The notes: generated by a model not told the origin, from the letters alone. Shown: positions 41,058 to 51,647, counted from the stretch's first letter. The stretch: DNA of 64,000 bases from a virus (IMGVR_UViG_3300033076_001145:128001-192000); one strand, 5' to 3'. Made by a program: numbers and translations.

Positions 41058-41697
41058 TCTTTACAAATTAGATTACTCCGACTTCGGACATTGCTTCATC
41101 AGCATATTCCATGATGATGTCAGATTCAACTAATTCAGTCGCTTCAGTGAAAACTTCTCTCAATTTGTCCTCATCAACGTAAGTGTTAATTTCACGACCA
41201 TCAACATCAAAAGATACTACTTCATCTGAATCAAGGTTTGAGAATGCTTCGTCAAAGATAAACTGATTAACTTTGTTGGTGTATTCAATCAAGAAGTCCT
41301 CAAGTTGTTGTCTTGTGAAGACAATTTCACCTTCCTCAACACCAGCGTCGGATTTAACTTCATTTAATTGTGATTGGATTTCGTTAATACGCTCAATCAA
41401 TTCGTTGTTTTGTTTTTTGTTTTTCTTACTCATAATATTCATTTTTGGTGTTTTCATTTCTTTTACAAATATACAACGAATTTTTTACTTGGACAAGGTG
41501 TAGATGTTATTTTCATCTAAAATAATTTCACCCTTATCACCAATCTGAATACCCAAACCTTCCATAACAATTTGGAAATTTGTTTCACTCATAACATTAG
41601 CCTTAACTAATTTTTTGTATCCTAAAATAAAATCCATCAATTCAGGTTCAGAAATAAATCCTTTTTCAATAACTGGTATCATAGTTTAAAATTTTTG

Positions 41698-41769
41698 AGG
41701 TCGGAGTTGGATTCGAACCAACGTAAGAGCTTTTGCAGAGCTCCACTTAAACCACTCAGACATCCGACC
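41698..41769 (-). tRNA. tRNA-Cys(GCA)
   Basis: GAGCT-CT-GCA-AA-AGCTC; U73. Confidence 0.9.
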
Positions 41770-41838
41770 TTGTTTGTGAATACAAATATATAACATATAT
41801 CTATTCAAAATCAAATTTTTTTCTTAATATTTACTATT

Positions 41839-42498
41839 ATGGATATTGAATTTTTTTTAAAACAGTTTTTAGAACATAATTCTGAAATAGAATGTGATAA
41901 TGGACTTAAATTAGTATGGAATGGCGAATTTGAGACCACAAAATATAAAGATAATGAATATGAAATTCCAGTCTATAAAGTATCTAATCCTAACAATTCA
42001 CCTTACACAAGGAGCGCCTTAGAATATTATGTTGAGAGTTCCCTTTACACATTTAGAAAAATGTTACCTATATTGGAAAACTCTATACCTAGCGTATTTT
42101 TATATATAGTAGATTCTTTAGATTTCTACATATCCCCTAAAACTGAAATGAGATTAACAAAATGTTTAGGTTCAATTAGTATTGAGGATGAGTCGTTTTC
42201 TATTGATGGTCAGAATGTTGTAATTTCAGGTAGTTTCACCGGTGATTATGAAATGGATTTAGATGATGTAACAGTAATTTGTATTTGCGATTTTCAAATT
42301 GATTCCGTAACCGTTGACGGAGAAGACATCTACTACGACGAGGACGAATTTGATAGAATAAAAGACGAAATATATGACTATGATTCTGATTGGTTTGACA
42401 TCCCCACTTGGGGTTGTTTATCACAATTATATAACTCAAATAATTTTGTCAGCAAAGATGACATGGGGTGGAACACAGGTGTTCGTCTTATTATCTAA
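41839..42498 (+). CDS. Acidic hypothetical protein
   Basis: 219-aa ORF. Confidence 0.6.
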   Translation: MDIEFFLKQFLEHNSEIECDNGLKLVWNGEFETTKYKDNEYEIPVYKVSNPNNSPYTRSALEYYVESSLYTFRKMLPILENSIPSVFLYIVDSLDFYISPKTEMRLTKCLGSISIEDESFSIDGQNVVISGSFTGDYEMDLDDVTVICICDFQIDSVTVDGEDIYYDEDEFDRIKDEIYDYDSDWFDIPTWGCLSQLYNSNNFVSKDDMGWNTGVRLII

Positions 42499-44065
42499 TT
42501 AAAACAATGTGTCCTTTTTGGATGTGATTGAATCCTTTATCATCCTTATATGTCATAATCCAATTATAAACTCCATTTGGACAATAATATCCCGAACCAT
42601 CAGTTCCGTTCCAAGTTTGAGTAATTGATTTAATTTCATAAATAATCATCCCGTCTTTATTGAAGATTTTCATATTTGGTTCATATAAAGATTCCCCAAC
42701 AATTTTAAATGCATCATTATGTCCATCTCCATTTGGTGTGAATGATATTGGAACAAACAATCTATGACAAGCCTCAACATCAATTCTTAAAAACCCAACC
42801 TCACTCTTACAACCAATGGTGTCAGTTCCATAAACATCAATAACATGACTCATTGTCGAATCATACCAATTCTGATACAACTCAAAATCAGTGTCCGATT
42901 GTAACTCCCCATCAACATGCCAAGTGTATTCAACCCCAACTTCATCATTAGCATAATAGAATTGCTCAGGAGAATTTTGACATAAATCAATATTCAATAA
43001 TGTTGTGTTTATTATTGGAGCTGTATATAATTCTCTAACAAATACTTCAACTGAATCTGCAACAGGACATCCATGAATATTGACAAAATATGTTGGGTAA
43101 TATGTTCCGGGTTCAAACGCTGTGAACACATCCCCAACCAAATTCTCACCCGACCAAAATCCACCTGATGGAATTGCAACCAATTGTGTTGTATCACCCA
43201 AACAAATTCCAGTTCTTGGTTGATTAAAAACTATTAATGTGTCCGAAACATTGATTGTGGTATCTACCACATCTCCGATACATCCATCAACAGTTGTTTC
43301 AATAACCGATATAACATAATCACCCGGTACTCCACCCCAATCAATATTAATAATATTTGTTCCATCTTCAGTTAATGTTCCACCACCTGAAAGGTTCCAA
43401 TCATATGTTGAGCCAGGAGTATTCACAACAGAATATGTATCAGATAATCCAACACATACCGTATCCATCGGAACATCAATGGGTGAAGTATCAACATCTC
43501 CTCCAACAACCGTTCCATTGAATACTTGGAATGGTCCGTCGAAACATGCCTCGTTTCCCCAACTTCCCATCGTTCCATCCGCATATGGCGTAACCTCAAT
43601 TAATAAAGATAAGGGGTCACATTCATCCGTTACTTGTAATAACACACAAAATGTCCATTGGCAATTCGTTCCAAAGTCACCCCAATCATTCCCAGGATTC
43701 CCATCAATAGGTCCTGTCGGTCCCTCATAAAAATAACCCGGTCCAACAGTTAAAGTTCCTGAATTGTTAGTAACACTTTCCATCCATAACCATCCTTGTG
43801 GTGGTGTCGCACCTCCACAATCATCAGGTCCTGATATAGGTGTATAAGATACCCAACCAGGTCCCAAGTTAATACTGAAACCTTCAAGCCAATTAGCCCC
43901 AAAACCTGTATCCCAACCATTCAAAGTGTAACACATAGTTACAACAGTTCCTGGTTCGTAATTACCATTAACAGGGGCAGGATTTAATGTGAAAGATGGA
44001 ACCCCAGCACATTGTGCAAGTATAAGATTGGGGATTAACAATAGGAGGAATAGGATTTGTCTCAT
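42491..44065 (-). CDS. Secreted Ig-like repeat protein with T9SS type B (gliding-motility-associated) CTD
   Basis: Signal peptide; LFVPISFTPNGDGHNDAF...IFNKDG...WNG...GVYNW...KGHIVLIR. Confidence 0.85.
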   Translation of the reverse strand: MRQILFLLLLIPNLILAQCAGVPSFTLNPAPVNGNYEPGTVVTMCYTLNGWDTGFGANWLEGFSINLGPGWVSYTPISGPDDCGGATPPQGWLWMESVTNNSGTLTVGPGYFYEGPTGPIDGNPGNDWGDFGTNCQWTFCVLLQVTDECDPLSLLIEVTPYADGTMGSWGNEACFDGPFQVFNGTVVGGDVDTSPIDVPMDTVCVGLSDTYSVVNTPGSTYDWNLSGGGTLTEDGTNIINIDWGGVPGDYVISVIETTVDGCIGDVVDTTINVSDTLIVFNQPRTGICLGDTTQLVAIPSGGFWSGENLVGDVFTAFEPGTYYPTYFVNIHGCPVADSVEVFVRELYTAPIINTTLLNIDLCQNSPEQFYYANDEVGVEYTWHVDGELQSDTDFELYQNWYDSTMSHVIDVYGTDTIGCKSEVGFLRIDVEACHRLFVPISFTPNGDGHNDAFKIVGESLYEPNMKIFNKDGMIIYEIKSITQTWNGTDGSGYYCPNGVYNWIMTYKDDKGFNHIQKGHIVLIR

Positions 44066-44109
44066 GCTGATAAATATCTGATAAGACATATTGGAAAAAT
44101 AAATAGTTG

Positions 44110-44182
44110 TACCCCCGGAGAGACTCGAACTCCCACGTCTCTAAATCCGTATTTTAGTGTTTTTCCATTAAACTACAGGGGC
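44110..44182 (-). tRNA. tRNA-Arg(ACG)
   Basis: CTAAA-AT-ACG-GA-TTTAG. Confidence 0.8.
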
Positions 44183-44188
44183 AAAAAG

Positions 44189-44276
44189 CGGAGAGCGGTG
44201 GAATCGAACCACGCACAACTTAATGAGATACTGTTTAGCAAACAGTCGGGGACACCATTTCCCTCCTTCACTCTCC
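44189..44276 (-). tRNA. tRNA-Ser(GCT)
   Basis: ACTGT-TT-GCT-AA-ACAGT; long variable region; G73. Confidence 0.85.
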
Positions 44277-44278
44277 AA

Positions 44279-44356
44279 TGGTGTGTCTAGCGGGATTCGA
44301 ACCCGCGATGACCTGAGCCACAATCAGGCGACTTAAACCTCTTGTCAATAGACACC
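44279..44356 (-). tRNA. tRNA-His(GTG)
   Basis: CCTGA-TT-GTG-GC-TCAGG; G-1; encoded CCA. Confidence 0.88.
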
Positions 44357-44832
44357 GTGTAGTAGTCAGGACAGGATTCGAACCTGTAAAATAACATTAA
44401 TACCTGCACTTTGGAACAGCGGCATGGATAACCAAGAACTGTCTGTTTAATGTTAAGTGTCTAACCACTTTCACCACCTGACTATGTTTTTTATTTTACA
44501 AAAATTTCAGTTAATGGTAAAGAAGCAAATTTATACCCGTAAACTTCATTAGGTAGTGTTCCATCTAAACACTCAACAATATAGTTTGGAATTAAACCAG
44601 TTGAACTTTTACCTACAATTTTTCCTTCAAAATGAGTCTCACCAATTCTAACATTCACTAATGTTCCATCAGTTAAATCCTGTGATTTTACAATTTCTTC
44701 AAATGTTTTATTCATAATTTTTATTTTTTTTTGCAGTCAGAACAGGATTCGAACCTGTAAATTAGAAACCCTCTTCTAATTCCAAACCTCCGTGAATGGA
44801 GCGTTTACCAATTACGCCACCTGACTATATTT

Positions 44833-44922
44833 GAGGATGAGAAGTCCTCTGTGTTGTGAGCATACCGCATAATGCTTGTTCATACCCCATACATTAACTT
44901 CCTTTCTCAAAGGAACAACACA
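44833..44922 (-). ncRNA. Repeated structured RNA family B (kissing-loop), copy 1
   Basis: TGTGTTG-TTCC(TTGAGAAA)GGAA...CAACACA-GAGGA(CTTCTCA)TCCTC. Confidence 0.7.
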
Positions 44923-45362
44923 TTTGTAGTCAGGACAGGATTCGAACCTGACCCTCAAGTATCCGTCTTTACCGTTAGGAATTACCCCACTGACTCGCGT
45001 AAAACCATTTTACTACCTGACTGTATGTGGGCTACCCTCCTTTCGTCGCAACCGCCCACCCGTTGTGATTTCAGATTGTAGTCAGGACAGGATTCGAACC
45101 TGTATGAACTTGCTCCGCATGGCTAGGACTAGGGTTCACTATCTAATATCCATTTATAGCTGGCGTCTACCAATTCCGCCACCTGACTATATTCGTGGTA
45201 AGTCACGACCTACATATCCCTGACATTTAGCTAGCATTTCAGCTCAGGTATTTGTTACACTGTATTTGAAGTCAGGACAGGATTCGAACCTGTATAAACC
45301 AGTTGTTGCTGATTGCTTCCCCATTGATTACGTCTAACCAATTCCGCCACCTGACTATATTT

Positions 45363-45446
45363 GAGGATGAGAAGTCCTCTATGTTGTGAGACTCGAACAC
45401 TTAGTCTCAGTTCTTTCTAATATTCCTTTCTCAAGGGAACAACACA
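45363..45446 (-). ncRNA. Family B, copy 2
   Basis: Same conserved blocks, different internal hairpin. Confidence 0.7.
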
Positions 45447-45759
45447 ATATTTTATTGTCAAACATTTGGGGTGAAACGCTCTGCCGCCTCCTTGTAGATA
45501 GACATTTGAGTCATCATCAAGTGAGCATAAACATTACCACCAACTATATCATTAACCATTTTACATTTCTCTCTAACAATACCTTCTGTACGGACAATAC
45601 CTTGTGGTCCATCTTCTTTCATTTCTCTAACCGCTTGAGCCAATTCCAAGTCAGTCATATCAGAGAATACTTTTGTTACTGTGTTTTCCATAGTTTGTTA
45701 TTTTGATTTGACAAATCTACGGCAAAAATCCTATCAAACAAAATTTATTTTAAGAAAAG

Positions 45760-45837
45760 TACCCCCTGAGAGACTCGAACTCTCACCCTAAGACATCGTT
45801 CTAAGCGATGCGCGTCTGCCTATTCCGCCAAGGGGGT
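45760..45837 (-). tRNA. tRNA-Leu(TAG)
   Basis: CATCG-CT-TAG-AA-CGATG. Confidence 0.88.
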
Positions 45838-45844
45838 AAATAAG

Positions 45845-45931
45845 CGGAAGACGTAGGACTCGAACCTACACATCAGTTTCCCGATACCGGTTTTCAAGAC
45901 CGGGGCGATACCAATTACGCTTTAGCCTTCC
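45845..45931 (-). tRNA. tRNA-Ser(TGA)
   Basis: CCGGT-CT-TGA-AA-ACCGG; long variable arm. Confidence 0.9.
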
Positions 45932-47162
45932 AAGTTCCCCACCCTGAGATTCCAAGTGAGTAGTCATATCGGTTTTTCTCTTTCCAAAAACCTGCTGGGC
46001 ATCCCCGTTGAAAAAAGTCACACTACGTAGGAGGAGTTGTGCTGTCTCCTTTATCCCCACGATGTCCCACTCGCGCCGTAGACATTCTGCGGAATCATTC
46101 TTTAGGTCTTGATTCGAAGACCGTTGAGTATCTCTTACTCATTATCGTTATAAATCCATTGATTGATGTGTTGGGTCACTATCATCATCTTTTTTTCTTA
46201 AAAAATGTTACCTTCCGTTATTATCACCCACGTACCCAATAATATAAACAATAGAATCCCAATCATACTTTTTGTTTTTAAAAATTTGCAGTCAGGACAG
46301 GATTCGAACCTGTTATAAGAGAGGTCACTTACCGCTGATGGGACATATACCATCACCCTCTGTACTGCCGTACCACGTTGCGTCTACCATTCCGCCACCT
46401 GACTATGGTGGAGGGATTGCTTTTTTTATAGAAGAGCTCGCCCACCTCAGAACTTCTTTTGTAGTCAGGACAGGGTTCGAACCTGTAATTTGAATATAGA
46501 GGATATAGTTTTCATACTAGTTCTATAACATGATACTCCATTTAATCGTCTACCATTCCGCCACCTGACTATTTTGTATGTTATGGAGGGTTACCCATAA
46601 AGTTTACTAACACCCTACTTTCGTTTGTCCTGTTAGTACCACTCGGCCTCTCGTAGCCACTACTTCATACATTTTGTAGTCAGGACAGGATTCGAACCTG
46701 TAATACTCCGAAGAGCTTTCTCATATAGGCTATTTCACTATACTTTTGATATCGTATATCCAATTCCGATACCTGACTATTTAGTGTTATTATTGAGTTT
46801 ACTCCCTTATAAATTATAAGTGTTTGCAACCACCTATAGCATTCCTCATTTATTCCGTTCTTAGCTGTGAGTCTAATAACATTTGTAGTCAGGACAGGAT
46901 TTGAACCTGCAATCTCTCCCACATACTGTAAGAGCGCATTACCAATTAGCCACCTGACTATATTCGGGACGGGATTAAGCATCTCCCATATGTCCCTACT
47001 TTTTTCCTATCGTTTGAGTTTTGGGTTTAGGTCTGAAAACTCCTTCGGTAAGGAAAAAGACCGCAGTTTCTGGAAACTTACAAAACCCCAACCTTGCACC
47101 CTTTGTTACTTTAACGTCTCAACAATAGCTCTCACTTGGACGAGTGTCAAAAAAGACGGCTT

Positions 47163-47313
47163 GCTGAATAAAAAGGATTTGAACCTTAATCCTGTGTCCC
47201 CTTTCACCGTCCTCATGCGGACTGTCGTTACTCCGTTCTACTGTGCTCCTTTACACCATATTCAATCGGTAGTTTCGAACCTACCAGGTACCAAGTTAAT
47301 TACTCTTGGACTT
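47163..47313 (-). ncRNA. Family C, copy 2
   Basis: Homologous to 34828-34978. Confidence 0.7.
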
Positions 47314-47413
47314 TGTAGTCAGAACAGGATTCGAACCTATACGTTAGCTTTACATTTCGTTGACTAACCGCACCTTGAAGCGAGCGTCTTCCATTCCGCC
47401 ACCTGACTATGCC

Positions 47414-47489
47414 GAGGATGAGAAGTCCTCTGTGTTGTGTCATAACTGGATGACCTACCAACTAATTCCTTTCTCAAGGGAACAACACA
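47414..47489 (-). ncRNA. Family B, copy 3
   Basis: Same conserved blocks. Confidence 0.7.
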
Positions 47490-47775
47490 ATATTGTTGAT
47501 AGTGTTGGGATACCCGTCTCGTCCCAATCTTAACAGCTTTGTTGAAGTTTTACAAGGCCTTGGCTGAGGGTGGTGATTCCCGATTCCACTCTGGATTGTC
47601 GACATCCGTTAAGTGGGGAAATCCACTATCAAATATTTTTAAAGTTACTCAACCCCTCACGTCCTTTTACTCTTGGGGTTAAAGGTCTTGCGGACCACCA
47701 TAACGGGTTTATCATACTAGGAAGACGCTCAGTATATAAACCTTGCACCTCTCTGAAGTAACTATTTAATTATCT

Positions 47776-47800
47776 GTTTCAAAGAACTTCTACAAATGTA
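47776..47800 (-). promoter_or_regulatory. TAnnTTTG promoter element followed by boxA-like GTTCTTTGAAAC
   Basis: + strand caaatgta 47793-47800 and gtttcaaagaac 47776-47787. Confidence 0.6.
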
Positions 47801-47931
47801 TGGTGTTTTTTTCAATTCACCAAATTTTATTTGTTAATTTTTGAAGTGTGATTTAATCTTCATCCAAACTATGTCGGGGTAATTAAAAACCCACCAAAAA
47901 AACCAATATATCTTTTTCATAATTTTAATTT

Positions 47932-48020
47932 GTGGATACATTGGGACTCGAACCCAAACCAACCAACGGGGCCATCAGTCATACGGTTACCCCAAATTTC
48001 CACCTTCCATAAGTGTACCC
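47932..48020 (-). ncRNA. tRNA-like element, different scaffold
   Basis: GGGTACA/TGTATCC acceptor + TTGGGTTCGAGTCCCAA T-arm; no canonical anticodon arm. Confidence 0.5.
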
Positions 48021-48165
48021 ATATTTGTAGTCAGGACAGGATTCGAACCTGTGATAGTCTCCATCAGCACATTGATTAAAGCAGAGACTCCGTTGTTTGA
48101 GGTTCATGGCGGAACCTATTTCAATGTTTCGGTGCGTGTTTCCATCTCGCCACCTGACTATATTT

Positions 48166-48252
48166 GACCACTGGTGGGATTCGAACCCCAAAGACCTTAC
48201 GTATCGGTCACCCTCCTGTTCGTCCTATCCTGTAGTAACTTTCAACAGTGGT
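48166..48252 (-). ncRNA. tRNA-like element, different scaffold
   Basis: ACCACTG/CAGTGGT acceptor + GGGTTCGAATCCC T-arm. Confidence 0.5.
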
Positions 48253-49442
48253 TTTTAATCAATAGGGGGATTACGAATCCCTAGAACAGGTACTCCTATT
48301 GAAGTTTTTGTAGTCAGGACAGGATTTGATACCTGTATAATTTCATCTCAAGTCTAAGACTCGGAATTACTGTAACTGCCCAGCGCCTGACTATATTAAC
48401 TATGAGAGCACGTTGTTCTTCGCATCTCTTTGGTATTTCCCGTGGTTAGTTAGACCAGATAGAGCGTTTCCCTATCAGAAGTTCCATATAGGTAATCAAC
48501 CTACTTCTCATCGTATTGGACATACTATCTGATGATTAGTCAGAACGTGTAGTCAGGAGAGGATTCGAACCCCCAACGATGCAACCTTTTTATCGGATGT
48601 GATGCCGTTTCCACATTACGCATTACCTGACTAATTATTTTACAAATATACTAATTTTATTTCATAATCCCCTTCCCTTTCAGTTAAAAACTTTTTTGCC
48701 TCGTCAATGGTTGGGTGGGCTCTATACGGAAACCTTGGTAGTAATCCACTTTTTGGTCCGTATATATGAACAGATTTACTACAACTAAAAGTTACAATTT
48801 TTTCTTTATTTGTCATATCTTATCCATTTTTTACCTCTTCATCCCATTCTGATATAACAAACTTTAAATCCATCCATCCACCTTCTTCATCTTCTCTATA
48901 TTCAGCTAGAAATCCACCAGTTGATACGGTTGTCTTTTCCTCAATCGCCATTTTCAAAAGTCGTCTTGCTTCACTTCTTAATTCATATTTTTCAGGAACC
49001 TCAAGACTACCATTCCTATTTGCCCATTTCCAATCAAGGAATACCATTACCTTATGAACTTGGTCAAAGTCAAAGCTATCCATTATGTTGTCAAGAGCGT
49101 CTTGTTGTTTTGGTGTCATATTCTTATCGTTTTGTGATTACAAATATATGGCAAGATTTCTATCAGTCCAAATATTATTTTGATTTTTCTTCAGATACAG
49201 TATCAATAATGGTCCATATTGTAAAAGTTAATCCAGCGACTACCCACAACCAATGTCTGAAACCCCAATGCCAACTTGGACCGTGAGTATCATGAGAATA
49301 TAAACATCCTTCTCTAATCACATTATTATTGATGTATTCAACTTTACCACCATTACATTGCCAATCACCAAATAATTCGTGAGCATATTCTGGTACAAAT
49401 GACATACAGAATATGACGGCAAACATTATTAAAATTTTTAAT

Positions 49443-49709
49443 TTATTTTTCATTTTGAATCCCTTTGATTTTATCTCTCATCCATTTTGCACCATCAATA
49501 AAACTTTCTTTGTTTTCATCTTGAGCATATTCCCATTTACTGACTACATATCCATTAGCATCTTTTTCTATCTCCTCCTCCGTTGGTAGTTGTATTGGGG
49601 TAAATTCAGCAAGTATCTGTTCTCGTTTTAACATTCTACCATCCGTCATATTTTCCCTAATTCTTTTGGCAAAATTAAACATTTGCTCTTCCGTATATAA
49701 CTTATTCAT
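49443..49709 (-). CDS. Small paralog (LYTEEQ...FIDGAKWMRDKIKG)
   Basis: Tandem paralog of 49702-49938. Confidence 0.65.
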   Translation of the reverse strand: MNKLYTEEQMFNFAKRIRENMTDGRMLKREQILAEFTPIQLPTEEEIEKDANGYVVSKWEYAQDENKESFIDGAKWMRDKIKGIQNEK

Positions 49710-49938
49710 TATTACCTCCTTTGATTTTATCTCTCATCCATTTAGCACCATCTATAAATGAAAATGGACTAATGTTTCTTTCTGCTCTTTCTTCCATCTC
49801 CTCATCAGTCGGTAAAGTAACCGGAGTTAATTCGTCAATAAGATTTTGTGCGGTCGGTTTATTCAAACTAAATTCGGCCAGGTTTTGCCGATATTTATAA
49901 ATCAACTCGTGTAGTTGTTCTTCTGTGTAAAGTTTCAT
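49702..49938 (-). CDS. Small paralog (LYTEEQ...FIDGAKWMRDKIKG)
   Basis: Tandem paralog of 49443-49709. Confidence 0.65.
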   Translation of the reverse strand: MKLYTEEQLHELIYKYRQNLAEFSLNKPTAQNLIDELTPVTLPTDEEMEERAERNISPFSFIDGAKWMRDKIKGGNNE

Positions 49939-50543
49939 TTTGTTTCTTCTAAATAAAGTTCATATAATTCTTCTTCGGTGTAGTATTCTTTATACTTGTT
50001 GAAAGTTTCGCGAGTTCTCTCATTCTGCCATTCCCACATCCATTTATCAACAACCCATATAGACATCCAGTCACTAGCTAACCATTTAGCAAAGTCAATT
50101 GCACCTTCCTTTCTTAACTCCTCCTCGTTGTTGTATTGATGTACGTAAGCTCTCATATCATCAGAGTAGTCAGCATACAATCCGTTTTTAGCGTCCATAT
50201 GCATTAATTCAATTAATGCTCCTTTTTGTCGCATCTTATATAATATCTCTAATCCACGTCTAGATACTATAAAGTGAGCATCATTCATAAAGAAATTATC
50301 CCATACCGCTTTTAATACAAATGTGTTCCAAAATCTTTTCCAAAGTGTTTTCATTTTACCTCATCAATTAAATTCAATATAATTTCTTTATTCAGGTTAC
50401 ACTGAGCTACCATATCTTTAATAAGTTGTCTCCCCTCTTCTGTGGAATTAAACTTAACCCATTTCTCATCATCCGACATTAACTCGGTCAATGTCCAAAA
50501 TGGTGTAAGTTTGTTTCTTATTTTTGCGTTAAGGGGTTCCACA

Positions 50544-51002
50544 TTATTTATCATTCTCTTGTTCTTTCTCAACGATTTCAATAAGCCTGATAAGACAAGC
50601 AAGTTCTGCTTCTTCGTAGGTCTTAAATTCAGGACCATCATCCTCTACCTTTGTCTTTCCTCTTTTATTAAGAATCTCATAGTCAAAGCAACCTGGTCCA
50701 GAATTATCATCTTGGTAGTTAGTTGAATGGAATAACCCATACTTCTCTCTAAACCATTTAAATGCCTGTGAGAATGTTGGTACTTGTAATTCTAACTCAT
50801 CAAACCCTGATGAAGGATGTTTTTCAGGAATCGGATATTCAAATTTAATATCGTGACCATTCATAGTAATGTGTGGTTTGTATGGCTCCTTTGTATGACG
50901 GTTTAGACTATTTAACCACCACACTCTTACAAAACAAGGTTCATCAAATCCAAGAGCTTTAAGTCTTAGTGATAGTTCATAGGGCACAAATTCTTTGTTC
51001 AT
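50544..51002 (-). CDS. Hypothetical phage protein
   Basis: LKALGFDEPC...PTFSQAFKWFREK...TYEEAE pattern. Confidence 0.6.
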   Translation of the reverse strand: MNKEFVPYELSLRLKALGFDEPCFVRVWWLNSLNRHTKEPYKPHITMNGHDIKFEYPIPEKHPSSGFDELELQVPTFSQAFKWFREKYGLFHSTNYQDDNSGPGCFDYEILNKRGKTKVEDDGPEFKTYEEAELACLIRLIEIVEKEQENDK

Positions 51003-51251
51003 ATTACTTAATTTTGTTTAATGAATAAGCAGTAAGGATTGAATATTTATCTACTTCCTCGTCATCAGTGAAAGGAATAAATTTGGTCGTTGCCTCATTT
51101 GCCGCGGTTTTCAATGCTGCTTGAACATGAAGTTTAGCGAATTCAATCATCATTTCAGTTGATGTTGCTTCATCATTTTCTGAAATCATTTTATCAAATA
51201 ACTCTTTTGCTGTTGGTATTGTATTCATACAACAAAGATAAGGCGGAATTA

Positions 51252-51647
51252 TTATCCCGCCAAAACTTCTTTCACAATTTCTGAAACAATTTTGTTGTCA
51301 GCCTGTCCCTTGAAGTTCTTATTGAACTCACCCATAATCTGCCCAACATTCAACAAACCATTTAACTTATAGTTTGAAACGATTTCACGGATTCTGTCAG
51401 GTCCCATCTGAGCTGGCAAATATGGTTTAATATATTCCAACTCCTTTAATGAGTCAGGTGTGTTTGTTTGAGTCAAAGATTTTTCCATCTTCCTCAATAT
51501 CGCAACAACAACCTCATCCGTTGCTGAACCACTGCGACCTTCTTCGTTTTGGATTTCTCCCTTAACAACCCCCAAAAAGTTTTTCTTTTCAGTTTCCTTG
51601 TTTTTAAATGCGGACATAAAGTCGGCATTGATTCTTTCTTTTAACAT
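51252..51647 (-). CDS. yqeY: GatB/YqeY domain protein
   Basis: LKERI..D...AFK, YLPAQM, GQIMG, GQADNKIVS..VKEVL. Confidence 0.8.
   Translation of the reverse strand: MLKERINADFMSAFKNKETEKKNFLGVVKGEIQNEEGRSGSATDEVVVAILRKMEKSLTQTNTPDSLKELEYIKPYLPAQMGPDRIREIVSNYKLNGLLNVGQIMGEFNKNFKGQADNKIVSEIVKEVLAG

Larger units (their letters stand above)
44362..48633 (-). repeat. tRNA-scaffold elements, cluster 2 (13 copies) in an ncRNA-dense region
   Basis: 44362-44484, 44733-44827, 44926-45023, 45078-45189, 45268-45357, 46288-46405, 46461-46571, 46676-46779, 46885-46960, 47315-47409, 48027-48160, 48310-48393, 48549-48633. Confidence 0.85.

Noticed and set aside
44733-44827. Possible tRNA-Sec/opal suppressor (TCA in a loop, long extra arm)
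   Set aside because: Loop geometry is non-canonical (CTCC-ATTCAC-GGAG) and the scaffold is the same as the other variable elements
46885-46960. tRNA-length element with central GTA (Tyr?)
   Set aside because: GTA sits in a 9-nt loop or triloop without U33; treated as a scaffold element
35951-48633. Calling the AGTCAGG elements a CRISPR array
   Set aside because: The two conserved flanks differ and pair with each other as a tRNA fold; insert lengths vary widely; copies are dispersed
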